Positions 25,500 through 37,245 of a DNA stretch of 64,000 nt are shown piece by piece (the first letter of the stretch is position 1; the number at the start of each line of letters is the position of its first letter). Below the pieces are notes generated by a model. That model was not told the origin of the DNA and did not search any database. It saw nothing but the letters and a program-made list of their open reading frames with translations. The DNA is from Selaginella moellendorffii (lineage: Eukaryota; Plantae; Lycopodiophyta), in assembly GCF_000143415.4 (NCBI RefSeq), contig NW_003314338.1, positions 186,001 to 250,000 on the forward strand, given 5' to 3'. The position numbers and the translations under genes are program-made.

Positions 25500-27098
25500 A
25501 TGCCCGCGCAAGATCCTCACAGGGACGATGCTGATCCGCTCACCAAGCTCATCCTTCGGGCTCAAGCTTTCCGTGACAAGCTCGCCGAGTCCTCCAGCCG
25601 GCATCGCGAGTCCGTTAAGTCGATCGAGAGGTCTTCCCAGAAGGATGCAAGCTTGGAGGTGGACCTTATTCTTGCTGGCGCTGGTGCGGGCGATGATAAT
25701 TCTCGACTACTCGGTCTCGGGAATGACGACGAAAAAGAAGCTGAGGAGGAGGCAGCTCTTTTGCAGGAGCTCTTCTTTTCTAGAGAATCAACAACAACGA
25801 CAGCAACAACAAGGTCGACGACGGGGACGACTGAGATAGATCCCCGAAACGATGGACTGTGCTTGCTCGTGACAATTGGAAAGGTGGTGCTCTTGGACGA
25901 GACAGTGGAAGACCTGACCAAGATCAAGCCAAGCATCCTGTGCCACTTTGGCAGCACAATTTCAATGCTATCATCTTGTACGTGCCTCCTGACGCTCTTC
26001 TTCCCTGCTGTGTTTGACGCCCAGGGTCTCAAGCTTTGCCCAGAGCAGCGAATTTCAGTCACCCCGGTCACAGTCCAAAAGAGAATGCTACTCTTTGACT
26101 ACAGGTCGCAGCTGTTTTGGAAACTGGCATCCACGAGAGTTCAACAGGAGTGGTGTGCTCAACCCGTCAAGACAACTCTTTACCTCAGGTGGCAATCCGG
26201 TGAAGCATTAGAGTGTTACGGCTATGTGTCCTTGAACAACGCCATACAAGTGGGAGGTTTGCAGACTAGCTTGGTACTAGCTGCTGGCAAAAGCATAAAA
26301 GATGATGTGCATCCTGCTGTAATCAAGCCAACGCGGTACAAGACCAAAGCTAGTTCCGTCGAGCCTGTGACGAGCCTTAGAAGTTCCAAGAGCAACATCG
26401 ACTTGGAAGGAAGAGCCATTGCAACTGTCGACATTGGGATGGTGCTCGTCGGTGAATCAAGCGTAGGTGCTGCTCCGAAGAAGACGAGTTGCTACATCCA
26501 CGCAGGGGATGAACAGGTCAGCCATCTCAGGTCTGGTTTGGGTGAGCTCATTTCCTTTTGCTTTGCTCAGGAACCTTGGATTTATCTTAACTTGCACAAC
26601 TTGGGGGCGGAGTTTACCAGAGTGCAATCCGCAAGATCCCAAACCATGCTCTTGGTTGTCAAGTCAGGTTGTAGAGTTGCTTTCGCGAGTATCAGGTTGT
26701 CACGGAAGAACAGGTACCGCCAGAAGTTTTTGGATGCTGTATTGCAACCGAGCCCAAGCGAGGAATGCCTGATATTCTTGGAAGCATGGGACAGCTTGCG
26801 AGCGTATGAGGGGCTGGGAGAGGGTGGACTGGAGGGCTTGCTCGGAATGCTCAAGGTCCCATACTCTTTGGGCTCATGGACGGAACGAACTTCAAGACAC
26901 GGGATTGTCAAGTTTTCAGGCTGCTTCAGAGTTTGGCATCCGAGCAAGAAGTCAGTGTCTGGCAAGGTCACAGTGATTGTTGTGCTTGGCTTGAGATACC
27001 AAGTCTTGAAGATCCAGAAAGAGAACCAGGCAGCGGCTGTGATCCAGTCTTGTTTTCGAAAGTTCCTATTTGAAAAGTCACAGCTCAAAGAAAATTGA
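25500..27098 (+). CDS. C2-domain/IQ-motif protein resembling centriolar C2CD3
   Basis: 532-codon ORF (probable in-frame 54-bp intron 26517-26570); beta-strand-rich C2-like blocks; IQ motif AAAVIQSCFRKFL; motifs LIFLEAWD..LLGMLKVP and GKVTVIVVLGLRYQVLKIQK recall C2CD3. Confidence 0.65.
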   Translation: MPAQDPHRDDADPLTKLILRAQAFRDKLAESSSRHRESVKSIERSSQKDASLEVDLILAGAGAGDDNSRLLGLGNDDEKEAEEEAALLQELFFSRESTTTTATTRSTTGTTEIDPRNDGLCLLVTIGKVVLLDETVEDLTKIKPSILCHFGSTISMLSSCTCLLTLFFPAVFDAQGLKLCPEQRISVTPVTVQKRMLLFDYRSQLFWKLASTRVQQEWCAQPVKTTLYLRWQSGEALECYGYVSLNNAIQVGGLQTSLVLAAGKSIKDDVHPAVIKPTRYKTKASSVEPVTSLRSSKSNIDLEGRAIATVDIGMVLVGESSVGAAPKKTSCYIHAGDEQVSHLRSGLGELISFCFAQEPWIYLNLHNLGAEFTRVQSARSQTMLLVVKSGCRVAFASIRLSRKNRYRQKFLDAVLQPSPSEECLIFLEAWDSLRAYEGLGEGGLEGLLGMLKVPYSLGSWTERTSRHGIVKFSGCFRVWHPSKKSVSGKVTVIVVLGLRYQVLKIQKENQAAAVIQSCFRKFLFEKSQLKEN

Positions 27099-28736
27099 GT
27101 AATTTCTGCATGACTAATGAGCTCTCGAGTTTTCTATCCAACGGTTGGCTTAATTGACAGCCTAATATCCCATGTATTATTGAATACGGCATTGTGTGGT
27201 GAGAATGATGAAATGGACTTCTCTCACCAAAAGAATGCAGCCTAGCTGGTCTCGCGGGTATTCTAGCTGTTCTTATTCTTTCCTGCTGTTGCTTTTGCAT
27301 AGTATCTATGAGGCAAGCACAAGTTAAGCGAGCTCTCAAACAGGTGCTACTCTTGTGTTATTTATGCAGAGTTTTTGTAAGAAATGGTGTTTCCAGTGGA
27401 TAAAGAACTATCTAGGTCTTGTTCTTCTAAAGATTTCGAGAGTTTACAGTTTTACTATGTTTTTGTTTGCCTAAGTTCATTCTTAAGGTCCTTCAGGTAC
27501 TGGGGCTGAAATGGTTGAGGTACTTGGTCTGTTGGGATTGTCAAGAGCCTGAAATCGGAGAACCTGGTCGGAGTCAGATTGGGGAGGAACATTAGTCCCT
27601 ATGGTGGGCCTTGGGTGTTCAAGTGGTATGGGAGGCACACAATAAGAATCACTTTGAAGATAAGCCAAAAAGTATGATCATTTTGACTTAGTGGAGATTG
27701 TCATTGGCCTTGGTTCAACTGCAATACTTGTTCTTGGCACATCAAGGGAGACCAGACTGGGCCACAATGTGGCTACAACTGTGGCTCCCTCACTTTGGAA
27801 GACCACAAGGACCATGATAGCAATGGCAACCTTGGATGTAATGCATTTGAATTTAGAGCTAAACTTTAAGTCTATTGTGTTAATGACCCTAGGAGTACCA
27901 ACTTCCTATATATTTAACCTATATATGCAAATAGTGTAAGATGAAATTTAACACAATTTCAACATACCTAAAGAAGTGGGTATTCTGCCAATTAGTATAG
28001 CATAGAACTTGGGGTAGACCCAAGTTAGATGCAGAACAATATTAAATATAAAAGCTAGTAGATTGAAGATTAAACACAAAAATAGCATTATTATATTCAG
28101 AATAATCTTTATATATTTCACTAATAAATTTAGATACTTTCCATAAATAGTCAATAAGACTATAGAGTGTCTAGTAGACTATTGTAAATATGACTATGGG
28201 TATTGAAATTTACTTATTAGTAAGTCCTTTTGAATGTTTTATTTTATTTAGTATATTAGTATTATTGGGTCTTTTGATCAGTCTTTCCTAAACTAGTTAA
28301 GAAACTAGTCTTTATATATGCACTTGACTATAAGACTATAAGGATAGAATTCCTAAGCAGTATTAATTAAGCATACTTGATCTAATTAGAAAAATTCGTT
28401 TGTTAGTTTGCATTTCCTAGTGTTAAGAACCCATGACATTGAGCCTAATCCCTCAATATTCATTACCTAAACACTTTTGTATCATGCATTATATGTTATT
28501 CCCATTTTTTTCTATTTAGCTATTTATAGAAAGTATTTAGATATATTAGTTATGAATATTTATAGAATGTATAGATTTTTTTAACCCAATAATATTATTT
28601 CCACTTTTAAATTTGCCATCTAGTACCATTCCATATTTAATAAATTTTCAAATTTTTCCTAAAATTCTTAAATGGAAGGGACAGGCCGGGGGGGGGGGGG
28701 GGGGGGTCAAAATGTATAATAGGGATAATAGGTAGG

Positions 28737-29790
28737 TGTAACACACAAATCCTTAAGCCCCAAAGTGGGGCCGAAAGGGTATTATTTGGTAGTGGCCAAA
28801 TTGGAAGTCTAACAAGTATAACACATTTGAACTAAAAGCTTTGATTTAGAAAGTTGAGAGTGGGAGTGAAAATCCCAACGAAGTGCTTGAAGAATGCACA
28901 CAAAATGGTTAACAATCAAGTCTTTAGAAAGGGATACACAAGGGATTGACACATGGCAAGTGTTATGACACATGGAAATGTCAAGATAGAATTTGAGATG
29001 GAGTCTGAGATAAAGTCCAAGATAGAGTCTAAGATGGAGTTCAAGACCATATCCAAGACTAAGACCAAGACCGTGTCTGATATTGAGACTGAGACTAGGT
29101 CTAAGACCAAGATTGGGGCCAAGACCAAGTCCAAGTCTGAGTCTAAGCCTAAGGATGAAAATTTAAAGCAATTGTCTCCCAAGGTGATTTGGTGAGTCCT
29201 TATGAGATAATAAGGGGGTAGACTCCAATAGAACCAATTTAGCTAAGAAAGGTTAGTGTGCCCAAGGAAGGTTACACCTATGTGGTGGATAATGATATAA
29301 CTATGAAGGAGTCCAAGGATAGAGTGAATATGGATAGAGAAGTGGGGTAATTTGGTGTGAAGTGTTCAAAAGTTAACTCTAGCTCCCTCGAGAGATTGAA
29401 TGATTAATGTTCCCAATTCAAATGTGGTGGCACTATCTACTTGAATACCTTATGTAGCTCATTAGAACTTCACTCTAGCTATATGGGTAGGGCATCCTAG
29501 TGGCAAAAGGTGGGGGAGTACCTATGAGGTTTGTATTGGGTTATAGTGTTTTGAAATGTCATCCTAAAATCCTAAACCATAGAAAAAAAGAGTGGTCCTT
29601 TTGCTTGGTGACCAAAGGTATGGTTACATAGTGAGGAAGTCCCAAAGGTTAATAGAACTTAGTGGGATGGGCTTTTACACCCTAGATTAATTGTGGTGTT
29701 AGTGAGCACTGCCATAGACGGAGGGGGATTTGGTGGGGATCGAAGAAGGGATATTAGGGGATGTGTAAGGAATTAACTCCCTAAGGTGTT
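28737..29790 (+). mobile_element. highly diverged, 3'-truncated LTR related to the non-autonomous family
   Basis: Starts tgtaacacacaaatccttaagccccaaagtgg (cf. tgtgagacacaaaatccctaggccccaaagtgg at 49978 and 58667) and follows the same block order, including a decayed minisatellite. Confidence 0.8.
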
Positions 29791-32552
29791 CTAGGCTAAA
29801 GGATCCCTAAAATCATGATTGGAAAGATCGGATAAGACCAAGTTTGAGATTGATTTCGAGACTAAGTTTGAGATCAAGTCGGACACTAAGTTCTAAACCA
29901 ATTTTGAGATCCGAGATCAGGTCTAAGACCAAGTCCAAGAGCTAGTCTGAGACCAAGTTTGAGGTCAAGTCTAAGATCAAGTCTAAGATCGAGCTCCTAC
30001 TCCTAAAAGGGAAACCAAACCTGGCGTGACTACACATTGCTTTCTATGGCACAATTTCTTTCTGTTTCTTTTGGTAGCAAATTTTGAGGACTGATTTTTT
30101 GTTCATCTTGCAGCGTTTTATTTGATATTACATGTGTTAGATAGGTTTGAGCTCCTCTTTCCAGCAAGGTATAGCACTCATCAAGCCATGTAGTATTTGA
30201 GGAGATACAATGTTTCTTGGCTCGGTTTGATGTGGGTTTTTACTTTCTCGCTTAGATTCTTGGCCTAATTTCTCAAAGTAGTGTATTTAGGTTTGTAAAT
30301 CTGGCCTAGATATACAAGTAGTGGTGATTTTTGGTGCTATATTTTGGTGAATTCGTGGCATGCAAAAGAATTTTCTTTTCCTACTAGATAGGGGCATGTT
30401 TGTAGTAGGAGTTTATGCTTTTCTGGGTTTTGTTTTGGATGCTATTTGTTTTTGGAGGTGCTCCTAGTCCTAGGCTTTCCAAGAATACCAATAGCACTTT
30501 GGTATCAATCTAGATTGGTGACATATAAATGTTTTTCCAGGATATTAGTATATTGGGCTATTTTTTCTTGGATCTTGCGGGATATTGAGGCATTTTCTTC
30601 ATAAATTCTTGCAATAGAGGGTACAAAAGGCTGAGCTCTTTCCAATGAACCTATTTACAAGCAAAATGGTGAAGGATCAAGACTAGAATACTTATTTTTT
30701 TCTTTTGGGCTAAACTTGGGTAAGGGTTTCTTAAGAAAGAAGCAATCTTCAAAGGAGTAGGAGATGGCGCTAGAGTAGGCACTAGAGTAGGAGTTGGTGC
30801 TGGACTAGGCTCTAGAGTAGGAGTGAGAGTAGAGAGGTTATTGGTTACCGGTTGTTGGTTACTGGTTATTAATTACTTGCTACCGCAAGAGGTTGGTGGT
30901 TACTCTAACCTTGAGAGTCAGTTGTTATATGTGCTTTAAAGTGTATTCTGGGATGTTGAAGGAGCTGCACTAAAGTATGTATACCAACTGGCCTATATCT
31001 CCTTCCATTTCCAAGCTTGTTTATATTTGTCATGAGTATTTTGGGCAACTTTAAGCAATTTGTGGACAAGGTAAAAGGTTCTAAGCCATTTATTTTGGCC
31101 AAAAACTCTTCTTTCTATGCTTTAGAGAAGTCTACAGTCTTATTACTTCTGTCAACCCAGTTGCCTTGACTGGGCATTTGCAGTGTTCAAGGTATTTGAT
31201 GCTAGTACAGACTAGATGTGTGACAAATTGGCACTATTTTACCATACCTCAAGGCCATAAGATATGGAGTGAACTTTTAGAATCTAGAATTTAGAGGCAG
31301 CCTAGGTACAACATTGCACCATCTTGAGCCGAGTCTTCTTCATCCTCAGTAAATTCCAGTGAGTTAGATTTATGAGCTATGGTGCAGCCACCTTTAGCTC
31401 AACCCCAGCTCCATATTTTGCAGAAGGGGAGTGATTTGCTAACTTTCTTAGGTGTTGGAACAATCAAAGAGCAAGGGACAAATGCCTTGAGTTCAAAAGC
31501 AACATTCTCTCCTTCACTACCTTTGAAGTTTTCTCCTCGCTGGACTGGCCTTTACTTTGTTCAGCAACACATTGGAGGTGGAGGACATGTGCTAGTCATA
31601 ATGCTGGTGGACGTGAGCTCACGTCGAGTTCACCATTTGTTGGGGAAAGGAGGGGCACTTCCCCAAATGCTTGCTCAAACACGAAAAATGCTCTAATGCT
31701 GTTCACAAATGCCCCCCGCTTTTGCCTTTATGAGGTAAGAGTTTATACAAGGAAGATAAAGAATATTCTAAGAATAAAAATATTCCCTCTTTCACTCTTA
31801 CACTTTCTAAGTGGCCATGCCCTAACAGTGGGGGAGTAAAGGTATCCATACTTGGCTGTTAGACCATGGTGTTTCTTATGGGGTCTGTATCCAAGACTTG
31901 GGATTTAGAGGGTCTTATGATCTAGTCTTATTGTACCTAGGTAAGGCTTGGTGTGAGGATGGTGTTCAAGAATTGAAGATTGGAGTTAATGACTATAGGA
32001 TGAGGAGTTGAGGGTGTACTTAGAGGATGAATTATCATTTTCATAATATAGAAGGATAGTTTTAAATGGCAAAGGTAACCCACATGGAACAAAGGATAAT
32101 TAAGTGTTTGTATAACACTTGCAAAGACGGTCCTAATGATTAGAAATTGCATATGAGAGGTATTTAATTGTGGTGGCATCTCAAAAGTATTCATAAGGCT
32201 AGGACTTTATGGGTCATTGGACTTGCAAAGTCCAAAAGTTAGACGAGTTAGTCGAGTAAAGAGATCATCCCAAAAGCTTGGATGAAATGTATTTGGAGTG
32301 AAGTGTGTTATGCTCAGTCATGCACTAAGAGGATCATGAGATCCAAGTATAAGAATAATTAATATCTCACTAAGGATGAGGTGCTATATTAAAGACAACT
32401 TTTAAGAAGAGTTGGGTGTGAACACGATGGTGAAATATTAACCAATAGTTAGCATAAAAAATGACAAATATGGTTTTGGTAGAAGATATAAACACAAATG
32501 GAATGTGTTGTGAGGATAGGCTCCTAAAACTGATGGTGTTGAGACACTAAGT

Positions 32553-33695
32553 TGTAAGTAAATAAATTTTCCATTCTACTTTAATCACTTAACCACACCT
32601 CCAACCACTTGGAAGAGTCTCATTCATAACCTCCATAAGTCCAATTCAAGATTTGAGGTTTGCTAGCCCCGAGAATAGCATCCATACCACTCAACCTTTG
32701 CACTTCATCCAAGTGCTCCACGTGTTTGGTCCCATGACCAAGACCCAAAGGTACCACTGACATATTAGCTTGTTATATTAGGGCCGTGTCTATTCACCTT
32801 TGTTAAACTGGTGATCCAACACCACCTACATCACAGTCCTATCTCTCAAAGACTGGGTCATCCGTCCATAAGTGGTCATCCCAGATCCACTCCTTAGCTT
32901 CCTTAGGATGCCTGTAAACATGGAGAATAGCCTTCCCCAATATCCCTTTTTTGGTCCCCACTAAGTCCCTTTCTACCCATGGCCGAGTTTGTCAACACTG
33001 CCACTAGATCAAGGCCTATAGGCCCAACCACTAAGTCCCCTTGTTCTTTGGGACTTCCTTGTCATGTGATTGCATTTACACTAAAGGACTGCTCCTCTTC
33101 CTTTCCACCATTTGGGACTCTGGGACAACATTTCAAAACACTATGGCCCTACGTGAGCCTCGTGGGCACTCTCCCCGCTTTTTGCCTATGGGTGCTTTAG
33201 CTATGAGCTTAGAGCGAGGTTCCGTTGAGCCATGCTAGGTATCCAAGTAGGTAGTGCCATCCACACTTGGACTAGGAGCATCAACCATTCCATCTCCCAA
33301 GGGAACTAGAGCTGGCTCTTGAACACTTCCCCAAGCCACTCCACTTGTCGGTCTATATTCACTTTAACCTTGGACTTCCTAGTGGTTATCTTATCACCCA
33401 ACACTTGGGTACAGCCTTCTTGGGCCAAATTGGCTCCATTGGGGTTCAACCCCTACACTCTCCCTATTATACTTTTGGAACCCCCTACAGCTCCCCCCCC
33501 TATAGGACGATCGCTTTGGGCTTTCACCCAACAGCATATATTAGTATTCAGACTCGGACTTGGATTGGGTCTAAGACCGAGTCCAAGGTCAAATTCGAGG
33601 TCAAGTTTGAGATCAAATCTGAGGTCAAGTCCAAGATCGAGTCCGAGACCGAGTCCGAGGTTGGGTCTGAGATTAAATCCAAGACCAAGTCAAGT
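32553..33695 (-). mobile_element. diverged truncated LTR, minus orientation
   Basis: Begins tgtaag..ttttccattctacttt like 35898 and 41489; colinear through to the minisatellite. Confidence 0.8.
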
Positions 33696-34504
33696 ACTAA
33701 TATAGGTCGAGGGGTGAAAGCCCAAAGTGTGTGTCTCCTAGGGGGGCGGGGGGGCGGGGGGGGTGGGCTGTAGGGGGTTCCAAAAGTATAATAGGGATGG
33801 TGAGGTCTAGGAACCAATCTTGAAGGAACTCTCTAGTGGTGCTTCCAAACTGACTTGAGGTTGAGACTGGGATTTAGGGGCCTTGGGTGGGAGTGAGCGT
33901 GGACTTGGGTGATGCCGAAAGGGCCACCTAAGGAAGTGCTCAAAAGCAGCTCCCACTCCCGGAAGAGAAATCGATTGTGGTGCTCTTGACTCATGTGGAG
34001 TGGTGCCCCATTTGAGTACCTTGCGGCTCATTGGTCCTCGCCCTTCCTAGGGGCTTGGGCCTTCCCATTAGTATGGAAGTGGTGGGGTAGAGGTACCTAT
34101 ACCGGGCCGTTAGGCCACGGTGTTTCCCTTGGCGTCCTGAAGCAAGTGTTGCACCCAAGACTTGGGATTTAGAGAGTCCCATGATCAAGCTTTGTTGTAC
34201 CAAGGGATGTTAGGAACTTGGAGGCTTGGTGTGCTTAGCTGCTTGTGCCTGCAGGGAGTGTAGACGAACCTTAAGTCCAGTCTAACTTGGGGAGGGGAAT
34301 TAGGAGACATTTAGGAATCTGTGGATGGATGGCTAACGCTCTGTTGCTCGTGCAGTGAGTAGTTGAAACTAAGTGGGACCAAGTAGGAGCTAGTATAATA
34401 GGCAGGAACCTTGGCAAGGGAACTTAGAAAAGGCCAAAGCGGTGTTGGTTAGATAGACGAGGGAAGTTGGCAAATTGGAAAAGAAAAATTCGTGGTTTAC
34501 AATT

Positions 34505-34516
34505 TGGTATCAGAGC
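34505..34516 (+). other. primer-binding site (tRNA-iMet) of the host gypsy element
   Basis: tggtatcagagc 3 nt after the LTR-terminal CA. Confidence 0.9.
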
Positions 34517-34560
34517 CTTTTCCTCAGTTCTAGCGAAGGATAGAGGCAGATTGCTAGGAG

Positions 34561-35897
34561 ATGCCAAAGGTAGGGCATAAACGAACCAAGGCAGAGACAA
34601 AACCTCCTCTGGAGCTGGAGCCTCCGGTCGAACAATGAGGAATCCTTGCATGAGGAGGACTCTAGTGAGGAAACGTCCAAACAAGAGTTTGGTAGTGAGG
34701 TTCAGTCGTCCAAAGCTTGATTGGATGTTCTAGAAGGACAATTGGTACAGACTAATGCCTTGCTAGAGACTCTTGTACGCAAGTTAAAGCGTGATGAAAA
34801 GCGGGAGAAAAAGCAAAAGACTGTGGATGCTGGCAGTGCAGAAGGTGTGGACCCTTTGGTAGGGATTGAGCCAGAACCAAACAAGGTCGAATAGACTGAA
34901 CTGGAATCAACCCCTCAAGAAGTTCCCAAGTACAAACCAAAGCCCCCACTGGTCTTCAAGGGAGTGAATGACTATAAGATGGTGGAGAATTGGTTTTACG
35001 ATGTGGAAGACTATTTCCGAGTGTTGCAATTACCGAGCTTGGAGACGGTCCCATGTGCAAAACCATACTTGGCAAAGTCTTGGTGGAGAACGACAGAGGC
35101 CAACGAAGGACTAGTGGCCACTTGAGAAATGATGAAGGCGAGGATTCATGCAACTTATGTTCCCCCAAATGCTACTCTGCACCTAAGGGATGAGCTGAGT
35201 AGGCTAAAGTAGACTGGAACCATTCAAGTGTATGTGAATGGGTTTATGGCAAAGAGGATACTTGTCACGGATATGGGTGATATGGATGCATTCCATGCCT
35301 TCATATCGGGCTTGCAAACCTGGGCTCGCGGCGAGGTAAAACATTGGAACCCAACCAAGGAAACATTGGATGCAGCTATCAAGGTGCATTTCAATGATAA
35401 CTTACAAAAGGGGAACATGACGAGGTCAGGGTTCACATTTAGTAAAGGGGCCAAACCAAGGGGAACATATGGCAAAGGGAAATTTAAGAAGAGTTTCTCT
35501 AAGAATGAGTCCTCAGGGTTCTGGAAAGGTAGATTTGGTGGCTAGCGAGTAAGTATGTGGGAGAGTCAAGCAAAAAGAGACAAACTCACAAATAAGAAGG
35601 TCAAGTTTGCTAGCAGCATGGGAAACAACATATACTACAATTCTGGTGAAGTGGGACACTTTTCAAGGGAATGTCCCTACCTGAAGAAGGCAAGAGCCAA
35701 TATAGCCATTAAGTTGGGTGAAATCCAAATTGAGGTACATGATTCAATCCTTAACTCAAAGTTACTCATTACATGAGCAACTTTGGTAAAGAGTCATTTG
35801 CGACATCTACTAGCCCTCCGAGGGAGCTTGGAGGTAACTTTATTAAGATCCTTATTGACACGGGTGCTTCGGATAATTTTGTGGCTGCAGAGTTTGG
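34561..35897 (+). pseudogene. gag: gag and N-terminal aspartic protease, with stops and frameshifts
   Basis: Retrotrans_gag-like blocks; YYNSGEVGHFSRECP (CCHC with first two Cys lost); ILIDTGASDNFV. Confidence 0.85.
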
Positions 35898-36895
35898 TGT
35901 AAGCGATTAATTTTTTCCATTCTACTTTAGTCACTTAACCACACCTCTGACCACTTGGAGGAGTCTCATTCACAACCTCCATAAGTCCAATTTAGGACTT
36001 GGGACTTGCTATCCCCAAGAATGGCATCCATGTCACTCAACAGTTGCACTGGGTCCAAGTGCTCCACGTGTCCGGTCCCAGGACTGACACCCAAAGGTAC
36101 CACTAACATATCAGCCTGTTACGCTAAGGCCATGCCCATTCACCTTTGCCGCACTAGTGGTCCAATACCACTTGCATCACAATCCCGTCTCTCCAAGATT
36201 GGGCCATCCATCCACGAGTGGTCATCCTAGATCCACTCCTTAGCATCCTTAGGATGCCCACAGACCTAGGGAAAAGCCTTCCCCAAAGTCCCTTTGTCAG
36301 TTCCTACCAAGTCCCTTTTCTGCCCATGGCCATGTTCGCCAACACTGCCACTCGATCCAAGCCCACAGGCCCGACCACTAAGTCCTATGGTCCTCTAGGA
36401 CTTCTTCACCATGTGATTATATCCATAGTCACTACGCTAGAGGACTACTCTTCCTCCCTTCCCCCATTTGGGACTCTAGGACAACATTTCGGAACACCGT
36501 GGGCTTACGTGAGCCCCGTGGGTACTCTCCCCGCCTTCCGCCTTTAGGTGCTCTAGTCATAGGCTTAGAGCGAGGTTCCGTTGAGCCACGCCAGGTATCC
36601 AAGTAGGTAGTGCCACCCACACTTGGATTGGGAGCATCGGCCAGTCGATCTCCCGGGGGAACTAGAGCTGGCTCTTGAACACTTCACCAAGCTACCCCAC
36701 TTGTCGGTCTGTATTCACTCTAGTCTTGGACTTCCCAGTGGTCAGTTCATCACCCAACACTGGGTCTGGCCTTCCTGGGCCAAACTGGCCTTTCTTGGCG
36801 AAACTGGCTCCACTGCAATCCTCCCCCTCACTATACTTTTGGAGCTCACCAAACCCCCCAGGGTCTGGGAGACGAACGCTTTGGGCTTTCACCCT

Positions 36896-37245
36896 CTCAG
36901 ACTCGGACTCAAACTCAGACTCGGACTCGGACTCGGACTCGGTCTCGGCCTCGGCCTCGGCCTCGGCCTCGGTCTCGGTCTCGGTCCAGGTCTCGTCCCG
37001 GTCTCGGTCCCGGTCTCAGTCTCAACCTTGGACTCCATCTCGGGTCCATCTCGGACTCCATCTCGGTCCATCTCGGACTCCATCTCGGACTCCATCTCGG
37101 ACTCTATCTCAGGCTCCGTCTCGGTCCATCTCGGACTCCACTTCGGACTCCAATTGGGACTCCATCTCGGACTCCATCTCGGGCTCCACCTCGGACTCCA
37201 CCTCGAACTCCATCTCGGACTCCAACTCGGGTCCATCTCGGACTC
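36896..37245. repeat. LTR-internal 6-bp (CTCGGA/CTCGGT) and 12-bp (ATCTCGGACTCC) tandem array
   Basis: Directly visible periodic repeats. Confidence 0.95.

Larger units (their letters stand above)
27400..33700. mobile_element. old, fragmented LTR-retrotransposon debris
   Basis: AT-rich with no credible ORFs; contains decayed relatives of the LTR family seen downstream and other short-period repeats (e.g. 30757-30835). Confidence 0.65.

Noticed and set aside
31638-31723. Possible LTR end with a GGGGGGC-type PPT of another retroelement
   Set aside because: No partner LTR, PBS or TSD could be identified; too fragmentary to call
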